From Takakia lepidozioides (lineage: Eukaryota > Plantae > Bryophyta), in NCBI GenBank assembly GCA_030704615.1, contig CM060731.1:89838001-89902000 (forward strand): a DNA stretch of 64,000 bases, read 5' to 3'. Below, piece by piece: positions 1 through 14,192 of the stretch. A program made the translations under genes and the position numbers. The notes under the pieces were generated by a model that did not search any database, was not told where the DNA came from, and saw nothing but the letters and a program-made list of their open reading frames with translations. Each line of letters opens with the position of its first letter. The stretch's first letter is position 1.

Positions 1-208
1 ACACGTCGGCTGGTAAGTGCACAGTGTGTCGCCTGGTGGTTTGGGGTTCAAACCCGCTGCCTTATCCCGTGTGTGGGATTGTTCGTGACGGTATGTCTGG
101 GCATTGATCGTCATGTATGTCTTATGGCCCATAAATGAAGGCGGGTGATTTCCCCCCTTCTCAAGGGCATGTGGTTTCCTTTAAGAAAAGAAAAAAAAAG
201 AAAAAGAA
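1..208 (+). mobile_element. Putative tRNA-derived SINE (5' end may lie outside window)
   Basis: Pol III B-box GGTTCAAACCC at 45-55, A-box-like sequence near 6-17, ~130-bp body and A-rich tail at 183-208. No TSD can be checked. Confidence 0.45.
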
Positions 209-246
209 ATCAAAGAGGGGCTTTTAGGGTTTACAAAAAGGTTATC

Positions 247-3200
247 TCCTGTTAGTACCATGATTTGGTATTCTTCCTGATGTTTACAAGGTTCTTGGGA
301 GAGTAAGCTTGGTCTTAGTAGGCCGTGTTTCAATCTCTGCCCACTCAGCTGCACCGTGGTGGTTCTCACTGACCAATCCGACATTACCTAACTACAGACA
401 CAAGCAGCACACACTAGAGGTCATCTTGGGTTCATGTTCAGTCAAATCCTCCATGGGTCATGACACAAGGTCGAGGACAATGTGGTGAGGGCACAGGTTC
501 TTCTTCGACCTATTTCAGCCTGTTTTGCCCTCTCATCAGACCCGGCCCTGAATTTGAATCACGGAACAGAGCTGGCATGACCTTTTTAAAGATCCTTCAG
601 GAGGGTGCGACAACCGCAATCGCAAAGGGTGGATTTTTCTTAATGTATGATGTGAAGAAGTTTGTCCATCCTGCAAATGTGGGTTGTTGGCTCCTGTTAG
701 TACCGTGATTTGGTATTCTTCCTGATGTTTACAAGGTTCTTGGGAGAGTTAGCTTGGTCTTAGCAGGCCGTGTTTCAATCTCTGCCCACTCAGCTGCACC
801 GTGGTGCATGTTCTCACTGACCAATCCGACATTACCTAACTACAGACACAAGCAGCACACACTAGAGGTCATCTTGGGTTCATGTTCAGTCAAATCCTCC
901 ATGGGTCATGACACAAGGTCGAGGACAATGTGGTGAGGGCACCTTCTTCTTCAACCTATTTCAGCCTGTTTTGCCCTCTCATCAGACTCGGCCCTGAATT
1001 TGAATCATGGAACAGAGCTGGCATGAGCTTTTTAAAGATCCTTTAGGAGGGTGCGACAACCGCAATCGCAAAGTGTGGCTTTTTCTTAATGTATGATGTG
1101 AAGAAGTTTGTCCATCCTGCAAATGTGGGTTGTTGGCTCCTGTTAGAACCATGATTTGATATTCTACCTGATGTTTATAAGGTTCTTGGGAGAGTCAGCT
1201 TGGTCTTAGCAGGCTGTGTTTCAATCTCTGCCCACTCAGCTACACCGTGGTGCATGTTCTCACTGACCAATCCGACATTACCTAACTAAAGACACAAGCA
1301 GCACACACAAGACGTCATCTTGGGTTCATGTTCAGTCAAATCCTCCATGGGTCATGACACAAGGTCGAGGACAATGTGGTGAGGGCACCTTCTTCTTCAA
1401 CCTATTTCAGCCTGTTTTGCCCTCTCATCAGACTCGGCCCTGAATTTGAATCATGGAACAGAGCTGGCATGAGCTTTTTAAAGATCCTTTAGGAGGGTGC
1501 GACAACCGCAATCGCAAAGTGTGGCTTTTTCTTAATGTATGATGTGAAGAAGTTTGTCCATCCTTCAAATGTGGGTTGTTGGCTCCTGTTAGTACCATGA
1601 TTTGGTATACTTCCTGATGTTTATAAGGTTCTTGGGAGAGTCAGCTTGGTCTTAGCAGGCTGTGTTTCAATGTCTGCCTGCTCATCTGCACCGTGGTGCA
1701 GGTTCTCACTGACCAATCCGACATTACCTAACTACAGACACAAGCAGCACACACAAGAGGTCATCTTGGGTTCATGTTCAGTCAAATCCTCCATGGGTCA
1801 TGACACAAGGTCGAGGACAATGTGGTGAGGGCACAGGTTCTTCTTCGACCTATTTCAGCCTGTTTTGCCCTCTCATCAGACTCGGCCCTGAATTTGAATC
1901 ACGGAACAGAGCTGGCATGAGCTTTTTAAAGATCCTTCAGGAGGGTGCGACAACCGCAATCGCAAAGTGTGGCTTTTTCTTAATGTATGATGTGAAGAAG
2001 TTTGTCCATCCTGCAAATGTGGGTTGTTGGCTCCTGTTAGTACCATGATTTGATATTCTTCCTGATGTTTATAAGGTTCTTGGGAGAGTCAGCTTGGTCT
2101 TAGCAGGCCGTGTTTCAATCTCTGCCCACTCAGCTGCACTGTGGTGCATGTTCTCACTGACCAATCCGACATTACCTAACTAAAGACACAAGCAGCGCAC
2201 ACAAGATGTCATCTTGGGTTCATGTTCAGTCAAATCCTCCATCGGTCATGACACAAGGTCGAGGACAATGTGGTGAGGGCACCTTCTTCTTCGACCTCAG
2301 CCTGTTTTGCCCTCTCATCAGACTCGGCCCTGAATTTGAATCATGGAACAGAGCTGGCATGAGCTTTTTAAAGATCCTTTAGGAGGGTGCGACAACCGCA
2401 ATCGCAAAGTGTGGCTTTTTCTTAATGTATGATGTGAAGAAGTTTGTCCATCCTGCAAATGTGGGTTGTTGGCTCAGCTTGGTCTTAGCAGGCTGTGTTT
2501 CAATGTCTGCCTGCTCAGCTGCACCGTGGTGCAGGTTCTCACTGACCAATCCGACATTACCTAACTACAGACACAAGCAGCACACACTAGAGGTCATCTT
2601 GGGTTCATGTTCAGTCAAATCCTCCATGGGTCATGACACAAGGTCGAGGACAATGTGGTGAGGGCACAGGTTCTTCTTCGACCTATTTCAGCCTGTTTTG
2701 CCCTCTCATTAGACTCGGCCCTGAATTTGAATCATGGAACAGAGCTGGCATGAGCTTTTTAAAGATCCTTCAGGAGGGTGCGACAACCGCAATCGCAAAG
2801 TGTGGCTTTTTTCTTAATGTACGATGTGAGAAGTTTGTCCATCCTGCAAATGTGGGTTGTTGGCTCCTGTTAGTACCATGATTTGGTATACTCCCTGATA
2901 TTGATAAGGTTCTTGGGAGAGTCAGCTTGGTCTTAGCAGGCTGTGTTTCAATGTCTGCCTGCTCAGCTGCACCGTGGTGCAAGTTCTCACTGACCAATCC
3001 GACATTACCTGACTACAGACACAAGCATCACACACAAGAGGTCCTTTTGTCGGTCAAATCATCCATGGGTCATGACACAAGATCAAGGACAGTGTGGTGA
3101 GGGCACAGGTTCTTCTTCGACCTATTTCAGCCTGTTTTGCCCTCTCATCAGACTCGGCCCTGAATTTGAATCATGGAACAGAGCTGGCATGAGCTTTTTA

Positions 3201-6200
3201 AAGATCCTTCAGGAGGGTGCGACAACCGCAATCGCAAAGTGTGGCTTTTTCTTAATGTATGATGTGAAGAAGTTTGTCCATCCTGCAAATGTGGGTTGTT
3301 GGCTCCTGTTAGTACCATGATTTGGTATTCTTCCTGATGTTTACAAGGTTCTTGGGAGAGTTAGCTTGGTCTTAGCAGGCCGTGTTTCAATCTCTGCCCA
3401 CTCAGCTGCACCGTGGTGGTTCTCACTGACCAATCCGACATTACCTAACTACAGACACAAGCAGCACACACTAGAGGTCATCTTGGGTTCATGTTCAGTC
3501 AAATCCTCCATGGGTCATGACACAAGGTCGAGGACAATGTGGTGAGGGCACCTTCTTCTTCATCCTATTTCAGCCTGTTTTGCCCTTTCATCAGACTCGG
3601 CCCTGATTTGAATCATGGAACAGAGCTGGCATGAGCTTTTTAAAGATCCTTCAGGAGGGTGCGACAACCGCAATCGCAAAGTGTGGCTTTTTCTTAATGT
3701 ATGATGTGAAGAAGTTTGTCCATCCTGCAAATGTGGGTTGTTGGCTCCTGTTAGTACCATGATTTGGTATACTTCCTGATGTTTATAAGGTTCTTGGGAG
3801 AGGCAGCTTGGTCTTAGCAGGCTGTGTTTCAATGTCTGCCTGCTCAGCTGCACCGTGGTGCAGGTTCTCACTCACCAATCCGACATTACCTAACTACAGA
3901 CACAAGCAGCACACACTAGAGGTCATCTTGGGTTCATGTTCAGTCAAATCCTCCATGGGTCATGACACAAGGTCGAGGACAATGTGGTGAGGGCACAGGT
4001 TCTTCTTCGACCTATTTCAGCCTGTTTTGCCCTCTCATCAGACTCGGCCCTGAATTTGAATCATGGAACAGAGCTGGCATGAGCTTTTTAAAGATCCTTC
4101 AGGAGGGTGCGACAACCGCAATCGCAAAGTGTGGCTTTTTCTTAATGTATGATGTGAAGAAGTTTGTCCATCCTGCAAATGTGGGTTGTTGGCTCCTGTT
4201 AGTACCATGATTTGATATTCTTCCTGATGTTTACAAGGTTCTTGGGAGAGTTAGCTTGGTCTTAGCAGGCCGTGTTTCAATCTCTGCCCACTCAGCTGCA
4301 CCGTGGTGGTTCTCACTGACCAATCCGACATTACCTAACTACAGACACAAGCAGCACACACTAGAGGTCATCTTGGGTTCATGTTCAGTCAAATCCTCCA
4401 TGGGTCATGACACAAGGTCGAGGACAATGTGGTGAGGGCACCTTCTTCTTCAACCTATTTCAGCCTGTTTTTCCCTCTCATCAGACTCGGCCCTGAATTT
4501 GAATCATGGAACAGAGCTGGCATGAGCTTTTTAAAGATCCTTCAGGAGGGTGCGACAACCGCAATCGCAAAGTGTGGCTTTTTCTTAATGTATGATGTGA
4601 AGAAGTTTGTCCATCCTGCAAATGTGGGTTGTTGGCTCCTGTTAGTACCATGATTTGGTATTCTTCCTGATGTTTACAAGGTTCTTGGGAGAGTTAGCTT
4701 GGTCTTAGCAGGCCGTGTTTCAATCTCTGCCCACTCAGCTGCACCGTGGTGGTTCTCACTGACCAATCCGACATTACCTAACTACAGACACAAGCAGCAC
4801 ACACTAGAGGTCATCTTGGGTTCATGTTCAGTCAAATCCTCCATGGGTCATGACACAAGGTCGAGGACAATGTGGTGAGGGCACAGGTTCTTCTTCGACC
4901 TATTTCAGCCTGTTTTGCCCTCTCATCAGACTCGGCCCTGAATTTGAATCATGGAACAGAGCTGGCATGAGCTTTTTAAAGATCCTTCAGGAGGGTGCGA
5001 CAACCGCAATTGCAAAGTGTGGCTTTTTCTTAATGTATGATGTGAAGAAGTTTGTCCATCCTGCAAATGTGGGTTGTTGGCTCCTGTTAGTACCATGATT
5101 TGATATTCTTCCTGATGTTTATAAGGTTCTTGGGAGAGTCAGCTTGGTCTTAGCAGGCCGTGTTTCAATCTCTGCCCACTCAGCTGCACCGTGGTGCATG
5201 TTTTCACTGACCAATCCGACATTACCTAACTACAGACACAAGCAGCACACACAAGAGGTCATCTTGGGTTCATGTTCAGTCAAATCCTCCATGGGTCATG
5301 ACACAAGGTCGAGGACAATGTGGTGAGGGCACCTTCTTCTTCGACCTATTTCAGCCTGTTTTGCCCTCTCATCAGACTCGGCCCTGAATTTGAATCATGG
5401 AACAGAGCTGGCATGAGCTTTTTAAAGATCCTTTAGGAGAGTGCGACAACCGCAATCGCAAAGTGTGGCTTTTTCTTTATGTAGGATGTGAAGAAGTTTG
5501 TCCATCCTGCAAATGTGGGTTGTTGGGTCCTGTTAGTACCATGATTTGGTATACTTCCTGATGTTTATAAGGTTCTTGGGAGAGTTAGCTTGGTCTTAGC
5601 AGGCTGTGTTTCAATGTCTGCCTGCTCACCTGCACCGTGGTGCAGGTTCTCACTGACCAATCCGACATTACCTAACTAAAGACACAAGCACACTAGAGGT
5701 CATCACAGTCCCTAGGGTCATGACACAAGGTCGAGTGTGGTGAGGGCACCTTCTTCTTCGACCTATTTCAGCCTGTTTTGCCCTCTCATCAGACTCGGCC
5801 CTGAATTTGAATCATGGAACAGAGCTGGCATGAGCTTTTTAAATCCTTCAGGAGGATGCGACAACCGCAATCGCAAAGTGTGGCTTTTTTCTTAATGTAC
5901 GATGTGAGAAGTTTGTCCATCATGCAAATGTGGGTTGTTGGCTCCTGGTATTACCAGGATTTGGTATACTTCCTGATGTTTATAAGGTTCTTGGGAGAGT
6001 CAGCTTGGTCTTAGCAGGCTGTGTTTCAATGTCTGCCTGCTCAGCTGCACCGTGGTGCAGGTTCTCACTGACCAATCCGACATTACCTGACTACAGACAC
6101 AAGCATCACACACAAGAGGTCCTTTTGTCGGTCAAATCATCCATGGGTCATGACACAAGATCAAGGACAGTGTGGTGAGGGCACAGGTTCTTCTTCGACC

Positions 6201-9200
6201 TATTTCAGCCTGTTTTGCCCTCTCATCAGACTCGGCCCTGAATTTGAATCATGGAACAGAGCTGGCATGAGCTTTTAAAGATCCTTCAGGAGGGTGCGAC
6301 AACCGCAATCGCAAAGTGTGGCTTTTTCTTAATGTATGATGTGAAGAAGTTTGTCCATCCTGCAAATGTGGGTTGTTGGCTCCTGTTAGTACCATGATTT
6401 GATATTCTTCCTGATGTTTACAAGGTTCTTGGGAGAGTTAGCTTGGTCTTAGCAGGCCGTGTTTCAATCTCTGCCCACTCAGCTGCACCGTGGTGGTTCT
6501 CACTGACCAATCCGACATTACCTAACTACAGACACAAGCAGCACACACTAGAGGTCATCTTGGGTTCATGTTCAGTCAAATCCTCCATGGGTCATGACAC
6601 AAGGTCGAGGACAATGTGGTGAGGGCACCTTCTTCTTCAACCTATTTCAGCCTGTTTTTCCCTCTCATCAGACTCGGCCCTGAATTTGAATCATGGAACA
6701 GAGCTGGCATGAGCTTTTTAAAGATCCTTCAGGAGGGTGCGACAACCGCAATCGCAAAGTGTGGCTTTTTCTTAATGTATGATGTGAAGAAGTTTGTCCA
6801 TCCTGCAAATGTGGGTTGTTGGCTCCTGTTAGTACCATGATTTGGTATTCTTCCTGATGTTTACAAGGTTCTTGGGAGAGTTAGCTTGGTCTTAGCAGGC
6901 CGTGTTTCAATCTCTGCCCACTCAGCTGCACCGTGGTGGTTCTCACTGACCAATCCGACATTACCTAACTACAGACACAAGCAGCACACACTAGAGGTCA
7001 TCTTGGGTTCATGTTCAGTCAAATCCTCCATGGGTCATGACACAAGGTCGAGGACAATGTGGTGAGGGCACAGGTTCTTCTTCGACCTATTTCAGCCTGT
7101 TTTGCCCTCTCATCAGACTCGGCCCTGAATTTGAATCATGGAACAGAGCTGGCATGAGCTTTTTAAAGATCCTTCAGGAGGGTGCGACAACCGCAATTGC
7201 AAAGTGTGGCTTTTTCTTAATGTATGATGTGAAGAAGTTTGTCCATCCTGCAAATGTGGGTTGTTGGCTCCTGTTAGTACCATGATTTGATATTCTTCCT
7301 GATGTTTATAAGGTTCTTGGGAGAGTCAGCTTGGTCTTAGCAGGCCGTGTTTCAATCTCTGCCCACTCAGCTGCACCGTGGTGCATGTTTCACTGACCAA
7401 TCCGACATTACCTAACTACAGACACAAGCAGCACACACAAGAGGTCATCTTGGGTTCATGTTCAGTCAAATCCTCCATGGGTCATGACACAAGGTCGAGG
7501 ACAATGTGGTGAGGGCACCTTCTTCTTCGACCTATTTCAGCCTGTTTTGCCCTCTCATCAGACTCGGCCCTGAATTTGAATCATGGAACAGAGCTGGCAT
7601 GAGCTTTTTAAAGATCCTTTAGGAGGGTGCGACAACCGCAATCGCAAAGTGTGGCTTTTTCTTTATGTAGGATGTGAAGAAGTTTGTCCATCCTGCAAAT
7701 GTGGGTTGTTGGGTCCTGTTAGTACCATGATTTGGTATACTTCCTGATGTTTATAAGGTTCTTGGGAGAGTTAGCTTGGTCTTAGCAGGCTGTGTTTCAA
7801 TGTCTGCCTGCTCACCTGCACCGTGGTGCAGGTTCTCACTGACCAATCCGACATTACCTAACTAAAGACACAAGCAGCACACACTAGAGGTCATCTTGGG
7901 TTCATGTTCAGTCAAATCCTCCATGGGTCATGACACAAGGTCGAGGACAATGTGGTGAGGGCACCTTCTTCTTCGACCTATTTCAGCCTGTTTTGCCCTC
8001 TCATCAGACTCGGCCCTGAATTTGAATCATGGAACAGAGCTGGCATGAGCTTTTTAAATATCCTTCAGGAGGATGCGACAACCGCAATCGCAAAGTGTGG
8101 CTTTTTTCTTAATGTACGATGTGAGAAGTTTGTCCATCATGCAAATGTGGGTTGTGGGCTCCTGGTATTACCAGGATTTGGTATACTTCCTGATGTTTAT
8201 AAGGTTCTTGGGAGAGTCAGCTTGGTCTTAGCAGGCTGTGTTTCAATGTCTGCCTGCTCAGCTGCACCGTGGTGCAGGTTCTCACTGACCAATCCGACAT
8301 TACCTGACTACAGACACAAGCATCACACACAAGAGGTCCTTTTGTCGGTCAAATCATCCATGGGTCATGACACAAGATCAAGGACAGTGTGGTGAGGGCA
8401 CAGGTTCTTCTTCGACCTATTTCAGCCTGTTTTGCCCTCTCATCAGACTCGGCCCTGAATTTGAATCATGGAACAGAGCTGGCATGAGCTTTTTAAAGAT
8501 CCTTCAGGAGGGTGCGACAACCGCAATCGCAAAGTGTGGCTTTTTCTTAATGTATGATGTGAAGAAGTTTGTCCATCCTGCAAATGTGGGTTGTTGGCTC
8601 CTGTTAGTACCATGATTTGATATTCTTCCTGATGTTTACAAGGTTCTTGGGAGAGTTAGCTTGGTCTTAGCAGGCCGTGTTTCAATCTCTGCCCACTCAG
8701 CTGCACCGTGGTGGTTCTCACTGACCAATCCGACATTACCTAACTACAGACACAAGCAGCACACACTAGAGGTCATCTTGGGTTCATGTTCAGTCAAATC
8801 CTCCATGGGTCATGACACAAGGTCGAGGACAATGTGGTGAGGGCACCTTCTTCTTCGACCTATTTCAGCCTGTTTTCCCTCTCATCAGACTCGGCCCTGA
8901 ATTTGAATCATGGAACAGAGCTGGCATGAGCTTTTTAAAGATCCTTCAGGAGGGTGCGACAACCGCAATCGCAAAGTGTGGCTTTTTCTTAATGTATGAT
9001 GTGAGAAGTTTGTCCATCCTGCAAATGTGGGTTGTTGGCTCCTGTTAGTACCATGATTTGGTATTCTTCCTGATGTTTACAAGGTTCTTGGGAGAGTTAG
9101 CTTGGTCTTAGCAGGCCGTGTTTCAATCTCTGCCCACTCAGCTGCACCGTGGTGGTTCTCACTGACCAATCCGACATTACCTAACTACAGACACAAGCAG

Positions 9201-11983
9201 CACACACTAGAGGTCATCTTGGGTTCATGTTCAGTCAAATCCTCCATGGGTCATGACACAAGGTCGAGGACAATGTGGTGAGGGCACCTTCTTCTTCGAC
9301 CTATTTCAGCCTGTTTTGCCCTCTCATCAGACTCGGCCCTGAATTTGAATCATGGAACAGAGCTGGCATGAGCTTTTTAAAGATCCTTCAGGAGGGTGCG
9401 ACAACCGCAATCGCAAAGTGTGGCTTTTTCTTAATGTATGATGTGAGAAGTTTGTCCATCCTGCAAATGTGGGTTGTTGGCTCCTGTTAGTACCATGATT
9501 TGATATTCTTCCTGATGTTTATAAGGTTCTTGGGAGAGTCAGCTTGGTCTTAGCAGGCCGTGTTTCAATCTCTGCCCACTCAGCTGCACCGTGGTGCATG
9601 TTTCACTGACCAATCCGACATTACCTAACTACAGACACAAGCAGCACACACAAGAGGTCATCTTGGGTTCATGTTCAGTCAAATCCTCCATGGGTCATGA
9701 CACAAGGTCGAGGACAATGTGGTGAGGGCACCTTCTTCTTCGACCTATTTCAGCCTGTTTTGCCCTCTCATCAGACTCGGCCCTGAATTTGAATCATGGA
9801 ACAGAGCTGGCATGAGCTTTTTAAAGATCCTTTAGGAGGGTGCGACAACCGCAATCGCAAAGTGTGGCTTTTTCTTTATGTAGGATGTGAAGAAGTTTGT
9901 CCATCCTGCAAATGTGGGTTGTTGGCTCCTGTTAGTACCATGATTTGGTATACTTCCTGATGTTTATAAGGTTCTTGGGAGAGTTAGCTTGGTCTTAGCA
10001 GGCTGTGTTTCAATGTCTGCCTGCTCACCTGCACCGTGGTGCAGGTTCTCACTGACCAATCCGACATTACCTAACTAAAGACACAAGCAGCACACACTAG
10101 AGGTCATCTTGGGTTCATGTTCAGTCAAATCCTCCATGGGTCATGACACAAGGTCGAGGACAATGTGGTGAGGGCACCTTCTTCTTCGACCTATTTCAGC
10201 CTGTTTTGCCCTCTCATCAGACTCGGCCCTGAATTTGAATCATGGAACAGAGCTGGCATGAGCTTTTTAAAGATCCTTCAGGAGGATGCGACAACCGCAA
10301 TCGCAAAGTGTGGCTTTTTTCTAATGTACGATGTGAGAAGTTTGTCCATCATGCAAATGTGGGTTGTGGCTCCTGGTATTACCAGGATTTGGTATACTTC
10401 CTGATGTTTATAAGGTTCTTGGGAGAGTCGCTTGGTCTTAGCAGGCTGTGTTTCAATGTCTCCCTGCTCAGCTGCACCGTGGTGCAGGTTCTCACTGACC
10501 AATCCGACATTACCTGACTACAGACACAAGCATCACACACAGAGGTCCTTTTGTCGGTCAAATCATCCATGGGTCATGACACAAGATCAAGGACAATGTG
10601 GTGAGGGCACAGGTTCTTCTTCGACCTATTTCAGCCTGTTTTGCCCTCTCATCAGACTCGGCCCTGAATTTGAATCATGGAACAGAGCTGGCATGAGCTT
10701 TTTAAAGATCCTTCAGGAGGGTGCGACAACCGCAATCGCAAAGTGTGGCTTTTTCTTAATGTATGATGTGAAGAAGTTTGTCCATCCTACAAATGTGGGT
10801 TGTTGGCTCCTGTTAGTACCATGATTGGATTTCTTCCTGATGTTTACAAGGTTCTTGGGAGAGTTAGCTTGGTCTTAGCAGGCCGTGTTTCAATCTCTGC
10901 CCACTCAGCTGCACCGTGGTGGTTCTCACTGACCAATCCGACATTACCTAACTACAGACACAAGCAGCACACACTAGAGGTCATCTTGGGTTCATGTTCA
11001 GTCAAATCCTCCATGGGTCATGACACAAGGTCGAGGACAATGTGGTGAGGGCACAGGTTCTTCTTCGACCTAATTCAGCCTGTTTTGCCCTCTCATCAGA
11101 CTCGGAATCATGGAACAGAGCTGGCATGAGCTTTTTAAAGATCCTTCAGGAGGGTGCGACAACCGCAATCGCAAAGTGTGGCTTTTTCTTAATGTATGAT
11201 GTGAGAAGTTTGTCCATCCTGCAAATGTGGGTTGTTGGCTCCTGTAGTACCATGATTTGGTATTCTTCCTGATGTTTACAAGGTTCTTGGGAGAGTTAGC
11301 TTGGTCTTAGCAGGCCGTGTTTCAATCTCTACCCACTCAGCTGCACCGTGGTGCATGTTCTCACTGACCAATCCGACATTACCTAACTAAAGACACAAGC
11401 AGCACACACTAGAGGTCATCTTGGGTTCATGTTCAGTCAAATCCTCCATGGGTCATGACACAAGGTCGAGGACAATGTGGTGAGGGCACCTTCTTCTTCG
11501 ACCTATTTCAGCCTGTTTTGCCCTCTCATCAGACTCGGCCCTGAATTTGAATCATGGAACAGAGCTGGCATGAGCTTTTTAAAGATCCTTCAGGAGGGTG
11601 CGACAACCGCAATCGCAAAGTGTGGCTTTTTCTTAATGTACGATGTGAGAAGTTTGTCCATCCTGCAAATGTGGGTTGTTGGCTCCTGTTAGTACCATGA
11701 TTTGATATTCTTCCTGATGTTTATAAGGTTCTTTGGGAGAGTCAGCTTGGTCTTAGCAGGCTGTGTTTCAATGTCTGCCTGCTCAGCTGCACCGTGGTGC
11801 AGGTTCTCACTGACCAATCCGACATTACCTAACTACAGACACAAGCATCACACACAAGAGGTCCTTTTGTCGGTCAAATCCTCCATGGGTCATGACACAA
11901 GATCAAGGACAGTGTGGTGAGGGCACAGGTTCTTCTTCGACCTATTTCAGCCTGTTTTGCCCTCTCATCAGACTCGGCCCTGA
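247..11983. repeat. Tandem satellite, ~445-bp monomer, ~26.5 copies, with higher-order structure
   Basis: The marker GGTCATGACACAAG recurs 27 times at ~445-bp spacing (~455, 903, 1349 ... 11887). Monomers are highly similar, with short deletions in the monomers at ~2475 and ~5690-5735. Confidence 0.98.
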
Positions 11984-12789
11984 GATGCATATTGAATTTT
12001 GTAAGTTAGCTCATTGCTTGTTGATAGTAGGGTTGGGGGTGTTTGCTGGAACAATTCTAGGCTGTCATTGTCAGCTGCTAGCAGGAAGGCAAGGATGTAT
12101 GCATGATTTTGTGCAGAGGCATAGATAGCTGAAGGAGCAGGGATAGAGTGTGGGCCCAGATTCGTCCAAGAAGGCCAGATTTCAAGCTCCATTATTTCAG
12201 TGTCATCCATTCAGCCAGGGATTTCTTGGTGACATTGCAAAGGCTTTACTCGCAACACGATGCTTGTAAAGCTTCCTTAGCTTGAATGCTGATTATGCTT
12301 GAATTATTAGGTTTGTAAAGCCAGTTTTGAAATTTTCATGGTAATCAGCTCTCTTGAGAATTTGTAGGTTGCAAGCCATTTACAGCGGGCCGTGGGTGGA
12401 CTGGAAGACAGCCATTGAAAGTCCTGGTGCAGGTTAATACCAGTGGAGAGCAGTGTAAGCTTCATATGCCCTTTTGGTGCTAGTTATCTTCATGTATGGT
12501 ACTATTGAACACCAACAATCTTTGGTGAGATTCTGTCTTGGTGCACGTGTCTGATAAAGAAAGACGGTAATGTTTGTTCTGAAACCTGAAGGCGTGAAAT
12601 GATTCAATACAACAAGAGCATTACGCGTGTCACAGTACAAGCTGTAAGAAAGCAAGAGATACATAGTTATACAGTCAAACAGACAACTATCAGTTTCTGT
12701 GGAATCTCTTGGCAATGGCAGGATGGGTTGGGAATAGCCAAGTCAGGAGGTGAATGCCTGTCAAATTACCACATGTCCTTCTGAATACT

Positions 12790-13270
12790 GCCCCTACCCT
12801 GGTGGACATGTATGCCAAATGTGGGTGCATCGAGGATGCCAAAGGAGTGTTCAACACTGTGGTTGAACGAGATGTGGTGTCGTGGAGTGCGATGCTTGCA
12901 GGGTATGCACAACTGGGGTGCGGGATGGAGGCTCCAACCTTTGAGCAAATGATGGGGGAAGGGGTGAAGGCCGCCGATAGAACGTTTGTGTGCGTTTGCA
13001 GTGCGTCTGGCAGCCCTAGAAAAGGGCAAAGAGATCCCTGGTGACACCATCAAATCTGCAATTGTACCAGATGTCATCCTGAACATTGCTCTGGTGGCCA
13101 TGTATGCTAAATGTGGGAGCATTGAGGATGCCAAGGGAGTGTTCAACACTATGGCTGAACCATATGTGGTGTCGTGGAATGCGATGCTTGCAGGGTGTGA
13201 GAGCAGGAGCGCGGGATGGGGCTTTGGACACCTGAAAGCAAATGATGGGGAAATGGATGAAGGTACCTTC
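12790..13270 (+). pseudogene. PLS-class pentatricopeptide repeat (PPR) gene fragment
   Basis: Two LVxMYAKCGxIEDAKGVFNT...VVSWxAMLAG repeat blocks plus FEQMMGEGVK..TFVCV, split across frames by indels. No intact ORF. Confidence 0.9.
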
Positions 13271-13790
13271 ACAGCCAGCCTGGAAAGTCATATCTGCCAT
13301 GTCACAACTGATTAGGCTTTTACGTCTTCAGAGTCAGGAAGTCGTAAATGGCTTCCATAACTGCATTTGCAATCATAACACAGAGAAGTAAAAGCCGCAA
13401 TCTGTTGTAGTGTAAGAAGCTTCCCCAAGAAGCTTCCCCTATGGAGGTTTCTTGCTGGAGAAGTTTCCAAGATTAAACAAAGGTTTCTTGATGGAGAAGC
13501 TTCCTTAAACAAAGGAGGTATCTTGATGGAGAAGTTTCCTCCAAATGAAGCTTCCTGAGTAGTTTCCCAAGTTACTCTTGGTAATTTTGTAAACTCCCGG
13601 TAACTTGGTAAATCATGGTAAATCATGGTAGACCATGGTAAATCACGGTAAGTCATGGTAACTTTCGATAATATGATAACTTGATAACTTCTGGTATTTA
13701 CTACTGGTAAGTTCCTCTGGGCTATGTCCGTGACATCACCCCCTCCTCTAGCGCCGAGTTCCTCGAGGAGCGGTAAAATCTTGGACTTGC

Positions 13791-14192
13791 TTAAAGTTGG
13801 AGAAAATCCAAAATTCGGCGAATGGTACTTGCCAAGTATTCGACTCTTTGTTCTTGACTCAAATGATTTATAGGTCCCTGCAACCATCGATAGTGTCCAA
13901 CACCTTGAACTTGGGACCACGCAGTGATTTGAGCATTCTGATTTTTGAAACTGCCTTCAAACATGATTTCGTTGCCTTCTGGATCTGAAGCCTCAACCTC
14001 CAACAGAATTATCAAACTTCGAGTAGGCTCCACTTGTCGTCGTACGGGGTCCAGACGAGGAAGTACGCGTCGCATTGGTGGCCCATCGTCTCGAGAGCGT
14101 CGGCGTGATGTTGAAGGTCGTGAGAGTCGGAACGACTGATCTGGTAGCTGGGTAAGCGACAACTCCAATGTATCTGGTTCCTGCGACTCCAT
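13791..14192 (-). CDS. Extra 3' ORF (133 aa, unknown function) between chromodomain and PPT
   Basis: MESQEPDTLELSL...RRILDFLQL is intact here. A homolog lies at 56267-56668 (one CAG>TAG stop). Both copies have TATATATA ~45 nt upstream of the ATG. Confidence 0.6.
   Translation of the reverse strand: MESQEPDTLELSLTQLPDQSFRLSRPSTSRRRSRDDGPPMRRVLPRLDPVRRQVEPTRSLIILLEVEASDPEGNEIMFEGSFKNQNAQITAWSQVQGVGHYRWLQGPINHLSQEQRVEYLASTIRRILDFLQL

Noticed and set aside
460-11920. Dozens of repeated 60-147 aa ORFs in the satellite
   Set aside because: Monomer variants freely break the frames with 1-4 nt indels and stops, and no domain is recognisable. They are by-products of the repeat.
13312-13920. 202-aa ORF and similar ORFs over the LTRs (19012-19419, 56936-57319)
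   Set aside because: They overlap LTR repeats and the frame is not preserved among LTR copies.
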